DNA of 55,534 nt from Verrucomicrobiota bacterium (GTDB taxonomy: Bacteria; Verrucomicrobiota; Verrucomicrobiia; Limisphaerales; UBA9464), in contig JBJSZF010000296.1 in assembly GCA_046090125.1 (NCBI GenBank), positions 1 through 55,534 on the forward strand, given 5' to 3'. This document shows, piece after piece, positions 9,181 to 17,421 of this stretch. Position numbers and translations under genes: made by a program. Below the pieces are notes generated by a model. It saw nothing but the letters and a program-made list of their open reading frames with translations. It did no database searches and had not been told where the DNA came from. How positions within the stretch are numbered: the stretch's first letter is position 1; every line of letters starts with the position of its first letter.

Positions 9181-9442
9181 GGAAGGATCCTGCTTCACGG
9201 TAGTGATGGGACTCGCAGGGCAGCACCCACAGCAGGGGAACATGAACTGCGACCAAGGTGCCGCTTGCGGGGACGTGATGAATGCATGGCCGTGACCCTC
9301 GATGGATGAAGTCGATCTCGAATCCCGGAAATTGTCGGGCCTCGCGGGTTGGCCTTGTCAAGCTTGGCTCCCGTGTCGCCCGGCACCGGGGCTCGTTGTG
9401 GAGCCCAGGACGAGGTCGCGTGGTCCGTTGCCTTTCTTGGCC

Positions 9443-10573
9443 TCACGGCTTGGCGGGCCCAAAGCAGTAGAGGGAACCGTCCTCGGACCCCACGAGCACG
9501 TGGCCAGGCACGATGGCCGGTGAGCTTTGCACGGGTTGGCCGATCTCGAACTGCCATGCCTCCGTGCCGTCGGCCAGCGACACGGCATACAGGCGGCCGT
9601 CGTCGGAGCCGAAGAAGACCTTTCCATCCGCGACGACGGGCGAGCTCTCGACCTTGCCACGCGTCTGGAAGGTCCAGACCCCCTTGCCGGTGTCGCGCTC
9701 GACGCAATGCAGGCGCTTGTCGCGGCCGCCAAACAGCACGCGCTGGTCGGTGATGGCGGGCGAGGTGGCGTAGGGGAAGGCGCGGTCGCGATAACGCCAC
9801 GCAACCTTGCCCTCCTTGAGGTCCACGCAGAGGAACTCGTTCTCGTAATGGCCCAGGTAGGCACGCCCGCCGGCGATGGCGGCCGACCCGATGATGGGCG
9901 CGCCGGCCTCGATTTCACGGGCCTTGGAGCCATTGCTGAGCTGCAAGACATGGACGAAGGCGTCGCATCCGCCGAACGCCGTGAGGCCCTCGGACACGGC
10001 GGGCGAGCCATTGATGTAGTTGCCGGTCTCGTACACCCAGTTGGTGCGGCCGGTGACGGCGTCGAGGGAGTACAGCTTGAAGTCGTAGGAGCCCACGAGG
10101 ACGGCCTTGTTGGCGGTTCCCGGCGGCCGGTACCACGACGCGCTGGACTTGACCTTCTCCTCGAAGCCGACGGTCCAGATGATCTTCCCGGTGGCGGCGT
10201 CGAGGCAGTAGAAGTTGGTGTTCACGTCGCCGATGTAGAGGCGTCCGTCGAGGACGAGGGGCGACGCCTCCACCGGGCCGCTGACGGGCGTGGCCCAACG
10301 CCGCGCGCCGTCGGCCAACGCGAGGCAATAGACGTTGGAGGACGCGGACCCCACGAAGACGTTGGAGCCCACGACGGCGGGCGACGACGACACGGGCCCG
10401 CCGGTCTTGAAGGTCCAGCGAAGGTGCAGCGGCAGGGCGACCTGGGCGTCGGACACGCCCGTCAAGGCCGGGTCGCCGCGGAACATCGGCCAGTCGGAGG
10501 CGAGGGCCACGGGGGGCAGCCACGCCAGCACGGCAAGGGCCATGGCCAGGAAGGGGACGAGCGCCGCGTTCAT
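9443..10573 (-). CDS. PQQ-like beta-propeller repeat protein (BamB-like fold), secreted
   Basis: ATG 10573 gives MNAALVPFLAMALAVLAWLPPVALASDWPMFRGDPALTG. Repeated G-x-V/L-Y/F-x-G-S-x-D-G-x-L-Y blades run to the C-terminus. Confidence 0.85.
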   Translation of the reverse strand: MNAALVPFLAMALAVLAWLPPVALASDWPMFRGDPALTGVSDAQVALPLHLRWTFKTGGPVSSSPAVVGSNVFVGSASSNVYCLALADGARRWATPVSGPVEASPLVLDGRLYIGDVNTNFYCLDAATGKIIWTVGFEEKVKSSASWYRPPGTANKAVLVGSYDFKLYSLDAVTGRTNWVYETGNYINGSPAVSEGLTAFGGCDAFVHVLQLSNGSKAREIEAGAPIIGSAAIAGGRAYLGHYENEFLCVDLKEGKVAWRYRDRAFPYATSPAITDQRVLFGGRDKRLHCVERDTGKGVWTFQTRGKVESSPVVADGKVFFGSDDGRLYAVSLADGTEAWQFEIGQPVQSSPAIVPGHVLVGSEDGSLYCFGPAKP

Positions 10574-10620
10574 GGGAGAACCTTTTGGATGGATTGGGAT
10601 GGAAGGCAAGGGGCGGCCCG

Positions 10621-11562
10621 TCACCACCAACCCTCGGCCCAGCGCAGGCGGAACCATGGGAAGGCGATTTCGAGGAGGGTCACGATCATGAACGTCACGG
10701 ACAACACGCCGTTGAGCTTGAAGAAGGCGACGTTGATGGACACGGCGTCCCGGCGCCGCGCGATGAGGTGTTCCATCAGGAGGAGGGCGAGGATGAGAAC
10801 CATGCCGATCCAATAGGTGAGCCGGAACCGGCACAGGCCGCCGAAGACGACCAGCACGCCCCACATGAAGAGGTGGGCGAGGAAGGCGACGCTCAGGGCG
10901 TTGCGCGGGCCCCAGCGGACCACGAGCGAATGGAGGCCCTCGCGCCGGTCGAACTCGTAGTCCTGGGTGGCGTAGATGATGTCGAGGCCCACGAGCCACA
11001 GGACGACGGCGAGGCCGAGGACGACCGGCACCAACGCTCCCTGGCCGAGGTCGAGGCGGCCGTCCACGCGCGGCAGGAAGTCCACGGTGCCCTTGACCGC
11101 CAGCCAAGCGCCGACGGGTGCGGCTGCCAACGCCAAGCCCAGCCAGACGTGCGTGAAGTCCGTGAACCGCTTGGTCAGGGAGTAGAAGCACACGAGGAAC
11201 AAGGCGACGGGCGACAACGCGAGGCACAAGGGGTTCAGGCCCCATGCCGCCAGCACCAGCAACCCGCCGCTGCCCGCGCACAAGGCGATCGCGCCCGTCA
11301 GGCTCACGATCCCCTGGGGCAGGTGCCGCCCGGCCGTCCTCGGGTTCCGCGCGTCGTAGCGGCGGTCCACGATCCGGTTGAACGCCATCGCGCACGTCCG
11401 CGCGCCCACCATCGCGACCAACACCAACCCGAGCGTCCGCCACCCCGGCCACCCACGGCTCCCGCGCGCCGCCACCCCCATCGAGGCCAGCGCAAACGGC
11501 AGGGCAAACACCGTGTGGCTGAACTTCACGAACGAACCCCACTTGGCCACCTCGCGGATCAT
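10621..11562 (-). CDS. UbiA-family polyprenyltransferase (4-hydroxybenzoate polyprenyltransferase-like)
   Basis: ATG 11562 (MIREVAKWGSFVKFSHTVFALPF). Asp-rich motifs NRIVDRRYDARNPRT and YATQDYEFD. About 8 hydrophobic helices. Lies upstream of the propeller gene on the same strand. Confidence 0.9.
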   Translation of the reverse strand: MIREVAKWGSFVKFSHTVFALPFALASMGVAARGSRGWPGWRTLGLVLVAMVGARTCAMAFNRIVDRRYDARNPRTAGRHLPQGIVSLTGAIALCAGSGGLLVLAAWGLNPLCLALSPVALFLVCFYSLTKRFTDFTHVWLGLALAAAPVGAWLAVKGTVDFLPRVDGRLDLGQGALVPVVLGLAVVLWLVGLDIIYATQDYEFDRREGLHSLVVRWGPRNALSVAFLAHLFMWGVLVVFGGLCRFRLTYWIGMVLILALLLMEHLIARRRDAVSINVAFFKLNGVLSVTFMIVTLLEIAFPWFRLRWAEGWW

Positions 11563-11652
11563 GCGGGCGCACCCTGCCCCACTTCGCCCCCGTTCTCCAG
11601 AACAGGGACGTTGGGATTGCACGGTCTTGCCCGCCCGGCTTTCAATCCTCGC

Positions 11653-13932
11653 ATGGCGACCGTTGCTTCCCACCCTTGGAAATTCTTCCGCGCCGGCGGC
11701 TTCGACCAGGTCAAGCTCTCCACCGGGGCGGACCTCGCGAACCTTCCACAGCTCGACCTGAAGCTCTGGGTCGCGCTGGCGTGCCCCACCACCGGCCTTG
11801 AGTTCGATGCCCGCACGCTCGCGTTGATCGACGCCGACAAGGACGGCCGCATCCGCGCCCCGGAGTTGATCGCCGCCATCCAATGGACCGTGGCCCGGCT
11901 CCGCAGCGCGGACTCGCTTCTTTCGGGCGCGGACGGCCTACCGCTCTCCGCCATCGACGAGTCCAAGCCCGAGGCCAAGGTGCTCCTGGCGTCCGCTCGC
12001 AAGATCCTCGCCTGCCTCGGCAAGCCCAACGCCGACGTCATCACCGCCGCCGACGTGGGCGACAACGCCCGCATCTTCAGCCAGACCGTCTTCAACGGGG
12101 ACGCCGTCATCGTGCCCGAGTCGGCCTCCGACGACGCCATGCGTTCCGCCATCGCCGACATCATCGCCACCGTGGGGTCCGTGCCTGACCGCTCGGGCAA
12201 GGCCGGCGTGGACGCTGCCACGATCGAGAAGTTCATGGCGGCGGCATCGGCGTTGGACGCATGGGTCCAGCGGTCGGAGACCGAGCCTGCGATCCTTCCC
12301 CTGGGCGCGGGCACGGCGGCGGCGGCGGATGCGGTGCGGGCGGTGAAGTCGAAGGTGGATGACTTCTTCGGGCGTTGCCGCCTGGCGGCCTTCGATGGGC
12401 GGGCGTTGGCCGCGTTGAACCGGGACGAGAAGGACTACGCCGCCGTGGCGGGCAAGGAACTGCCAATCAACGCGGCGGACGTGGCGTCGTTCCCCTTGGC
12501 GCAAGTGGGGCCGGGCCGAGCGTTGCCCTTGGGCGCGGGCGTGAACCCAGCGTGGGCAGCGGCCATTGCGGGCCTGGCCTCCGCCGCCGTCACCCCCTTG
12601 CTGGGGGCGCGCGACGCCTTGTCCGAGGCCGACTGGCTTCAAATCCTCGGGAAGCTCGGGCCGCATGAATGCTGGCGCGCGGGCAAGGCGGGGGCCGAGG
12701 TGGAGAAGCTGGGAATTGAGCGCGTGCGGGCCTTGCTGGCACCGGCCGTGCGCGAGGCTCTGTCCGGGCTCATCGCCCGCGACAAGGCCGAGGAGGCCGA
12801 GTCCAACGCCATCACCGACGTCGAGCGGCTCGTCTTGTTCCACCGGGACCTCTACCGGCTTGCCACGAACTTCGTGAACTTCAAGGACCTCTACGACGGG
12901 GGCAGCCCGGCCATCTTCCAGGTGGGCACGCTGTACCTCGACCAACGGTCCTGCACCCTGTGCCTCAACGTGGAGGACGCCGGACGCCATGCGGCCATGG
13001 CGGGCCTTGCCGGCGCCTACCTCGCCTACGTCGATTGCATCCGCCGTGCCTCCGGCGAGAAAAAGTCCATCGTCGCCATCTTCTCCCAAGGGGACGACCA
13101 GAACCTCATGGTCGGCCGCAACGGCGTCTTCTTTGACCGGCAAGGACGCGACTGGGACGCGACGATCACCAAGATCATCAGCAACCCCATCTCCATCCGG
13201 CAGGCCTTCTTCGCCCCGTACAAGAAGTTCGCGCGCCTCATCGAGGAACAGGTCGCCAAGCGCGCCGCCGCCGCCGACTCCGCCGCCGACGCCAAGCTGG
13301 CGGCGGCCGCCGAGAAGGCTGCGAACGCGGACAAGGCCGCCGCAGACAAGGCCAAGCCCGCGGATGCGAAGAAGGTGGACGTGGGGGCCGTTGCCGCACT
13401 CGGCGTGGCGTTCGGCGCCATTGGCGGATTTGTGACCGCCATCGTGACCGGGGTTTCGAACGCCTTCACCCTACACGGGCCGCTCGCCATCGTCGGGATC
13501 GTGCTGGGCATCATGGCCGTGATTTCCGGACCCTCGATGATCCTGGCGTACATCAAGCTCAGGAAGCGCAACCTCGGCCCGATCCTCGACGCCAACGGCT
13601 GGGCCTTGAACGCTCCGGCGCGCATCAACGTCCCGTTCGGCACCTCGCTCACCGGCATCGCCAAGCTGCCGCCCGGGGCTTCCATCGACTTCAAGGACTC
13701 CTTCGCGGAGAAAACCGTCCCTTGGAAGCGATGGGTTGTCCTGGCGCTCCTCGCGTACCTGGGGTGGGGGTATTACAAGGGCCAATACGACGGCAACCTG
13801 CCTCCCGCCCTCAAGAGCGTCCGGCTTCTCGGCTCGTTCTCGCCGCTTGCCAGCCCGACGGGAGCTGCCCAACCCGTCGCGGACGCGGCCGGAACCAACG
13901 CGCCGTCCGCCACCGCACCCGCCAAGCCTTGA
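11653..13932 (+). CDS. Large EF-hand-containing membrane protein of unknown family
   Basis: In-frame ATG 11653 within track ORF 10585..13932. Canonical 12-residue EF loop DADKDGRIRAPE (11830-11865). About 550 aa soluble region, then an Ala/Lys/Asp-rich linker, then hydrophobic helices VGAVAALGVAFGAIGGFVTAIVTGV, GPLAIVGIVLGIMAVISGPSMILAYI and WVVLALLAYLGWGYY. Confidence 0.8.
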   Translation: MATVASHPWKFFRAGGFDQVKLSTGADLANLPQLDLKLWVALACPTTGLEFDARTLALIDADKDGRIRAPELIAAIQWTVARLRSADSLLSGADGLPLSAIDESKPEAKVLLASARKILACLGKPNADVITAADVGDNARIFSQTVFNGDAVIVPESASDDAMRSAIADIIATVGSVPDRSGKAGVDAATIEKFMAAASALDAWVQRSETEPAILPLGAGTAAAADAVRAVKSKVDDFFGRCRLAAFDGRALAALNRDEKDYAAVAGKELPINAADVASFPLAQVGPGRALPLGAGVNPAWAAAIAGLASAAVTPLLGARDALSEADWLQILGKLGPHECWRAGKAGAEVEKLGIERVRALLAPAVREALSGLIARDKAEEAESNAITDVERLVLFHRDLYRLATNFVNFKDLYDGGSPAIFQVGTLYLDQRSCTLCLNVEDAGRHAAMAGLAGAYLAYVDCIRRASGEKKSIVAIFSQGDDQNLMVGRNGVFFDRQGRDWDATITKIISNPISIRQAFFAPYKKFARLIEEQVAKRAAAADSAADAKLAAAAEKAANADKAAADKAKPADAKKVDVGAVAALGVAFGAIGGFVTAIVTGVSNAFTLHGPLAIVGIVLGIMAVISGPSMILAYIKLRKRNLGPILDANGWALNAPARINVPFGTSLTGIAKLPPGASIDFKDSFAEKTVPWKRWVVLALLAYLGWGYYKGQYDGNLPPALKSVRLLGSFSPLASPTGAAQPVADAAGTNAPSATAPAKP

Positions 13933-14080
13933 GGCCGCCCGGTATCTCCAGGCCATCGGTCCACCCTGAAGGACTTGGTGAAAGCATGGCCGTCCCCAGC
14001 CGCTCCACGATGCGCCCGTCCTGCGGGACGCATCCGTTCCCCGCTTCACCCTCCGCAGTCGTCGGCCGCCCCGGACTTCC

Positions 14081-14434
14081 ATGAGCCACCACCCCCGACA
14101 TGACCGCAAGGTCCCGCACCACGTCCTGGGGCTGTGGTTGCTCCGGGCACTGATCGCCTCCGGGATCCTGATCACCGCCTCCCTTGGCATCGGCACGCTC
14201 GGGTATCGGCACTTTGCAGGCTTGGGCTGGATCGACGCCTTCTACAACGCGGCCATGACCCTGACCGGCATTGGAACCGTGGCCGAGATGAAGACGAATG
14301 CGGCCAAACTGTTTGCATCCGCCTACGCCCTGTTCTCCGGCGTCGTGTTCGTCACGGCGGCCGGAATCATGGTGGCCCCGTTGTTCCGGCGCGTGCTGCA
14401 TCACTTCCACCTCGATCGTGCCTCGGGGCAGTGA
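14081..14434 (+). CDS. Minimal two-TM pore-loop ion channel-like protein with non-canonical filter
   Basis: 117 aa. TM1 is LWLLRALIASGILITASLGIGTLGY. The pore-helix-like segment is WIDAFYNAAMTLTGIGTV. TM2 is KLFASAYALFSGVVFVTAAGIMVAPLF. This is the layout of K+-channel pore domains, but TLTGIGTV replaces T-x-G-Y-G-D. Confidence 0.7.
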   Translation: MSHHPRHDRKVPHHVLGLWLLRALIASGILITASLGIGTLGYRHFAGLGWIDAFYNAAMTLTGIGTVAEMKTNAAKLFASAYALFSGVVFVTAAGIMVAPLFRRVLHHFHLDRASGQ

Positions 14435-14557
14435 GGCACGCCCAAGCCGTGGAACCCACGCCCAAGGCCAGGTGAGATCCCCACGCCGTGCCGCCCGACG
14501 ATCCCAAACGGTTGCGGCCGATGCCTGGGACAAGACCGAGACGGCCGTGCCACACCC

Positions 14558-14584
14558 TTCGCCATTCGCCATTCGCCATTCGCC
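14558..14584. repeat. Heptamer tandem repeat (TTCGCCA) x3.9
   Basis: Direct read: TTCGCCA TTCGCCA TTCGCCA TTCGCC, in the intergenic region upstream of kdsC. Confidence 0.8.
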
Positions 14585-14661
14585 TCCCGCTCCCACCTCG
14601 CCCCGGTGCCCGGATTCGAGGCTGTGCAGCCGGGCGGCGGCCGCGATACGGTTTTGCCGGC

Positions 14662-15195
14662 ATGGAAATCCCGGTTGTCCTGACGACCCGTCTGCAGCGG
14701 GTCCGGCTGTTCCTCTGCGACGTCGATGGCGTCCTGACGGAAGCGCGCGTGACGATGGGCGGGCCGCAGGGGGAGCAGAAGGTGTTCCATATCCGCGACG
14801 GGCTGGGGCTGCGTCTGTTGCAAACGGAGGGCATCCGCGTGGGTTGGGTGAGCGCGCGGCCGTCCCAGGCCACCACCGAGCGCGCGCAGGACATCAAGGT
14901 GGACTTCCTTCGCCAATCCAGCGCACCCAAGGTGTCCGTGGTGGAGGAGTTGCTCCGCGAAACGGGGCTGGGTTGGGATGAGGTCTTGTTCATGGGCGAC
15001 GACGTCCTCGACCTGGGGGTCCTTCGCCGCGTTGGGTTTGCAGCGGTTCCCTCGGACGCCATCGACGAGGCGCGACGGATGGCGCACTACGTCTGCCGGA
15101 ACGCCGGCGGCTGCGGCGCCGTGCGCGAGGTGGTGGACCTCGTGCTCAAGGCGCAGGGCCGCTGGGACGCCATGATAGGGAAGTACTCGGCCTAG
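14662..15195 (+). CDS. kdsC: 3-deoxy-D-manno-octulosonate 8-phosphate phosphatase (HAD-IIIA)
   Basis: ATG 14662. Motifs: FLCDVDGVLTEARV (DxDGVLTD-type), IRDGLGLRLL, FMGDDVLDL, AVPSDA. Sits directly upstream of the lpt genes, as in the canonical kdsC-lptC-lptA-lptB arrangement. Confidence 0.85.
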   Translation: MEIPVVLTTRLQRVRLFLCDVDGVLTEARVTMGGPQGEQKVFHIRDGLGLRLLQTEGIRVGWVSARPSQATTERAQDIKVDFLRQSSAPKVSVVEELLRETGLGWDEVLFMGDDVLDLGVLRRVGFAAVPSDAIDEARRMAHYVCRNAGGCGAVREVVDLVLKAQGRWDAMIGKYSA

Positions 15196-15221
15196 CACGA
15201 AAGGCGCGCCGTGGACCGGAG

Positions 15222-15701
15222 TTGCATCACATGATTGCAAGGAAGACGGGCAAGGCAGGCCTGTGCTGCGGGGTGTTGCTGGGGATGCTGGTGCTCCATG
15301 CCCAGGCCCCCACGCAGGACGCCCCAGGCTCCACGCTTCGGGACTGGAGCTTCACCTTGCAGAAGGACGGAAAGATCCAGGCGCGTTTCAAGGGTGCCCG
15401 CGCCGTCCCGGTCGGACCACGAACCTTCGACGTCGAGGAACTTCACGTGGACACCTTCGCGCCCGACGGCGACGCGCAAATCACGGCGGAATCCCCCGGC
15501 TGCCGCGTCCTGGTCACGAACGACGCGTTCGTCATCACGTCGCCGGGGCCCGTCCGGCTCACCCATGCGGACGGGCGTTTTTCCGTGGATGGGGTGGGGT
15601 TTCGCTGGGACCACGGCGCAGGGCGGCTGACGATTTCCAACCGGGTGCAGACGATGGCGCGCGTGCGCTTGCCGGCCCCGGGCCGTAAGGAGCAGCCTTG
15701 A
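15222..15701 (+). CDS. lptC: LptC-like LPS export protein (membrane anchored)
   Basis: TTG start 15222, with internal ATG 15231. N-terminal anchor GLCCGVLLGMLVLHAQA, then a beta-rich 130-aa body. The call rests mainly on position between kdsC and the lptA-like/lptB genes. Its stop overlaps the next start (TTGA at 15698-15701). Confidence 0.55.
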   Translation: MHHMIARKTGKAGLCCGVLLGMLVLHAQAPTQDAPGSTLRDWSFTLQKDGKIQARFKGARAVPVGPRTFDVEELHVDTFAPDGDAQITAESPGCRVLVTNDAFVITSPGPVRLTHADGRFSVDGVGFRWDHGAGRLTISNRVQTMARVRLPAPGRKEQP

Positions 15702-16252
15702 AGGGCAGACACGACATGAATCGAACCTTAAGCCGGGCCCTTTGGATGCTTCCGACGACGCTTGCGTTGGCGCAGGAGCCCGCGCCGCCCGTGCAGATCA
15801 AGTCGGGCACGTGGGAGTTCGACTACCAGACGGGCACGCAGCACTACTGGGGCGACGTGGAGGTCACCTTGCCCGGCCTGCTCAAGCTGGCGTGCGCCGA
15901 CCTCGTCACGGTGCAGCAATCCAGCACGAACCGGCCCGATGCCCTCGTGGCGACGACCAACGTCGTCATCGAGATCACGCGCCTGCCCGCGAAGCCCGGC
16001 GACACACCCATGGTCATCAAGGCCTACGGCGACCGCGCCGTGTACACGGCCACCAACGAGCTCGTGACCCTCACCGGCGCCGCCCCGCGCATCGTCGCGC
16101 CGCAGGGCTCCACGCGGGCCAACGTCATCACCTACGACCTCGCCACGGGCAAGATCCGCGCCATGGGCGGGCACGTTTCTGAGCTCAACGTGGAGATGAT
16201 CAAGTCGATGCGGCGCACGAATGCGCCGCCTGCGGCCCCCGCCGCCCGCTAG
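15698..16252 (+). CDS. lptA: LptA/OstA-like periplasmic LPS transport protein
   Basis: TTG 15698 is preceded by AAGGAG at a 5-nt spacing; the alternative is ATG 15716. Signal MNRTLSRALWMLPTTLALA. Beta-jellyroll-like repeats (VIKAYGDRAVYTATNELVTLTG, ANVITYDLATGKIRAMG). Position is immediately before lptB. Confidence 0.6.
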   Translation: MKGRHDMNRTLSRALWMLPTTLALAQEPAPPVQIKSGTWEFDYQTGTQHYWGDVEVTLPGLLKLACADLVTVQQSSTNRPDALVATTNVVIEITRLPAKPGDTPMVIKAYGDRAVYTATNELVTLTGAAPRIVAPQGSTRANVITYDLATGKIRAMGGHVSELNVEMIKSMRRTNAPPAAPAAR

Positions 16253-16265
16253 CCACCCCGTCGCC

Positions 16266-17012
16266 ATGCCGGACCCAGCCCAAGCAGGCGAGCCGCTCCT
16301 GGATGTCACCGGTATCGCCAAGGCCTACCGGGGCCGGCGCGTCGTCGATGGCGTCTCCATCCGGGTGAACGCCGGCGAGGTCGTGGGCTTGCTGGGCCCC
16401 AATGGCGCCGGGAAAACCACGTCGTTCAACATGGTCGTCGGGCTCGTCCGGCCCGACGCGGGCGCGGTGCGTTTCTGCGGTTCGGACATCACGGGCCTTG
16501 CGATGCACGAGCGTGCGCGGCGCGGGATTGGCTACCTCACGCAGGAGCCGAGCGTGTTCCGCAAGCTGACGGTGGAGGACAACCTCCGCGCGATCCTGGA
16601 GACCATCGATTGCCCCCGTGCAGAACGGGCCGTGCGGCTGAACTACTTGCTGGACGAGCTGGACCTGGCACGGCTTGCGAAGAGCAAGGCGTACCAGCTC
16701 AGCGGCGGGGAGAAGCGCCGCCTGGAAATCACGCGCGCCCTCATCACCAGCCCGCGTCTGTTGCTCATGGACGAGCCGTTCGCCGGCATCGACCCCATCG
16801 CAGTGCACGAGGTCCAGAAGATCGTGCGCCGCCTCCGGGAGCGGGGCTTGGGAATCCTCATCACGGACCACAAGGCGCGCGAGATGCTGAAGCTGGTGGA
16901 CCGGGCGTACCTGATTCACCAAGGGCGCGTCGTGTACGAGGGCCCGGCCGACCAGCTCGTGAACGACCCGAAGGCCCGCGAGATTTACCTGGGGCCGGAC
17001 TTCAACCTGTAG
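16266..17012 (+). CDS. lptB: LPS export ABC transporter ATP-binding protein
   Basis: ATG 16266. Walker A GPNGAGKTT, signature LSGGEKRRLEITRAL, Walker B LLLMDEPFAGIDP, C-terminal DPKAREIYLG typical of LptB. Confidence 0.95.
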   Translation: MPDPAQAGEPLLDVTGIAKAYRGRRVVDGVSIRVNAGEVVGLLGPNGAGKTTSFNMVVGLVRPDAGAVRFCGSDITGLAMHERARRGIGYLTQEPSVFRKLTVEDNLRAILETIDCPRAERAVRLNYLLDELDLARLAKSKAYQLSGGEKRRLEITRALITSPRLLLMDEPFAGIDPIAVHEVQKIVRRLRERGLGILITDHKAREMLKLVDRAYLIHQGRVVYEGPADQLVNDPKAREIYLGPDFNL

Positions 17013-17020
17013 GAGGCACG

Positions 17021-17395
17021 ATGGCCATCGTGGCGCTTCCCTTCCTCGCGGTCTTCCTCGCGGCGTTGGCGGGCTTGCTGGGATGGCCGCTGGCGCTGGG
17101 CTTGATGCCGACGATGGCCGGCTGGCTTCGATGGCCCGGGCTGGACGTGGTGCGTGCCCGGCGTGGGCGTCGATGGGGCCTGTGGGGATACCTGGCGATG
17201 ATGGGCTTGGGGGCGGTGCAGGTCGGATTGTTCTGGCTGGGATTGTCGCTGGAGGAATGGGATGGGGAAAAGTTGGCGGTCGTCATGATTCCGCAGGTGG
17301 GATACACGGCGACGGTGGGATTGGCGGCGGCGACGGTGGTGGGGGCGGTGCTGGGATGCTTTGCGGGGGGAACCAAGCCGGACCGATCCAACTGA
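17021..17395 (+). CDS. Small hypothetical integral membrane protein
   Basis: ATG 17021 is preceded by AGGAGG (17011-17016). Four hydrophobic segments. The last five codons and the stop (PDRSN*) lie inside the REP-like hairpin at 17378-17405. Confidence 0.6.
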   Translation: MAIVALPFLAVFLAALAGLLGWPLALGLMPTMAGWLRWPGLDVVRARRGRRWGLWGYLAMMGLGAVQVGLFWLGLSLEEWDGEKLAVVMIPQVGYTATVGLAAATVVGAVLGCFAGGTKPDRSN

Positions 17396-17405
17396 ATCGA
17401 TCCGG
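17378..17405. repeat. REP-like palindromic hairpin (core CCAACTGAATCG)
   Basis: CCGGACCGAT-CCAACTGA-ATCGATCCGG has 9 of 10 complementary arm positions. Bases 17381-17405 are a 25/25 exact match to the reverse complement of 44274-44298. Confidence 0.65.
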
Positions 17406-17421
17406 CCAAGAGCGAGAAGCC

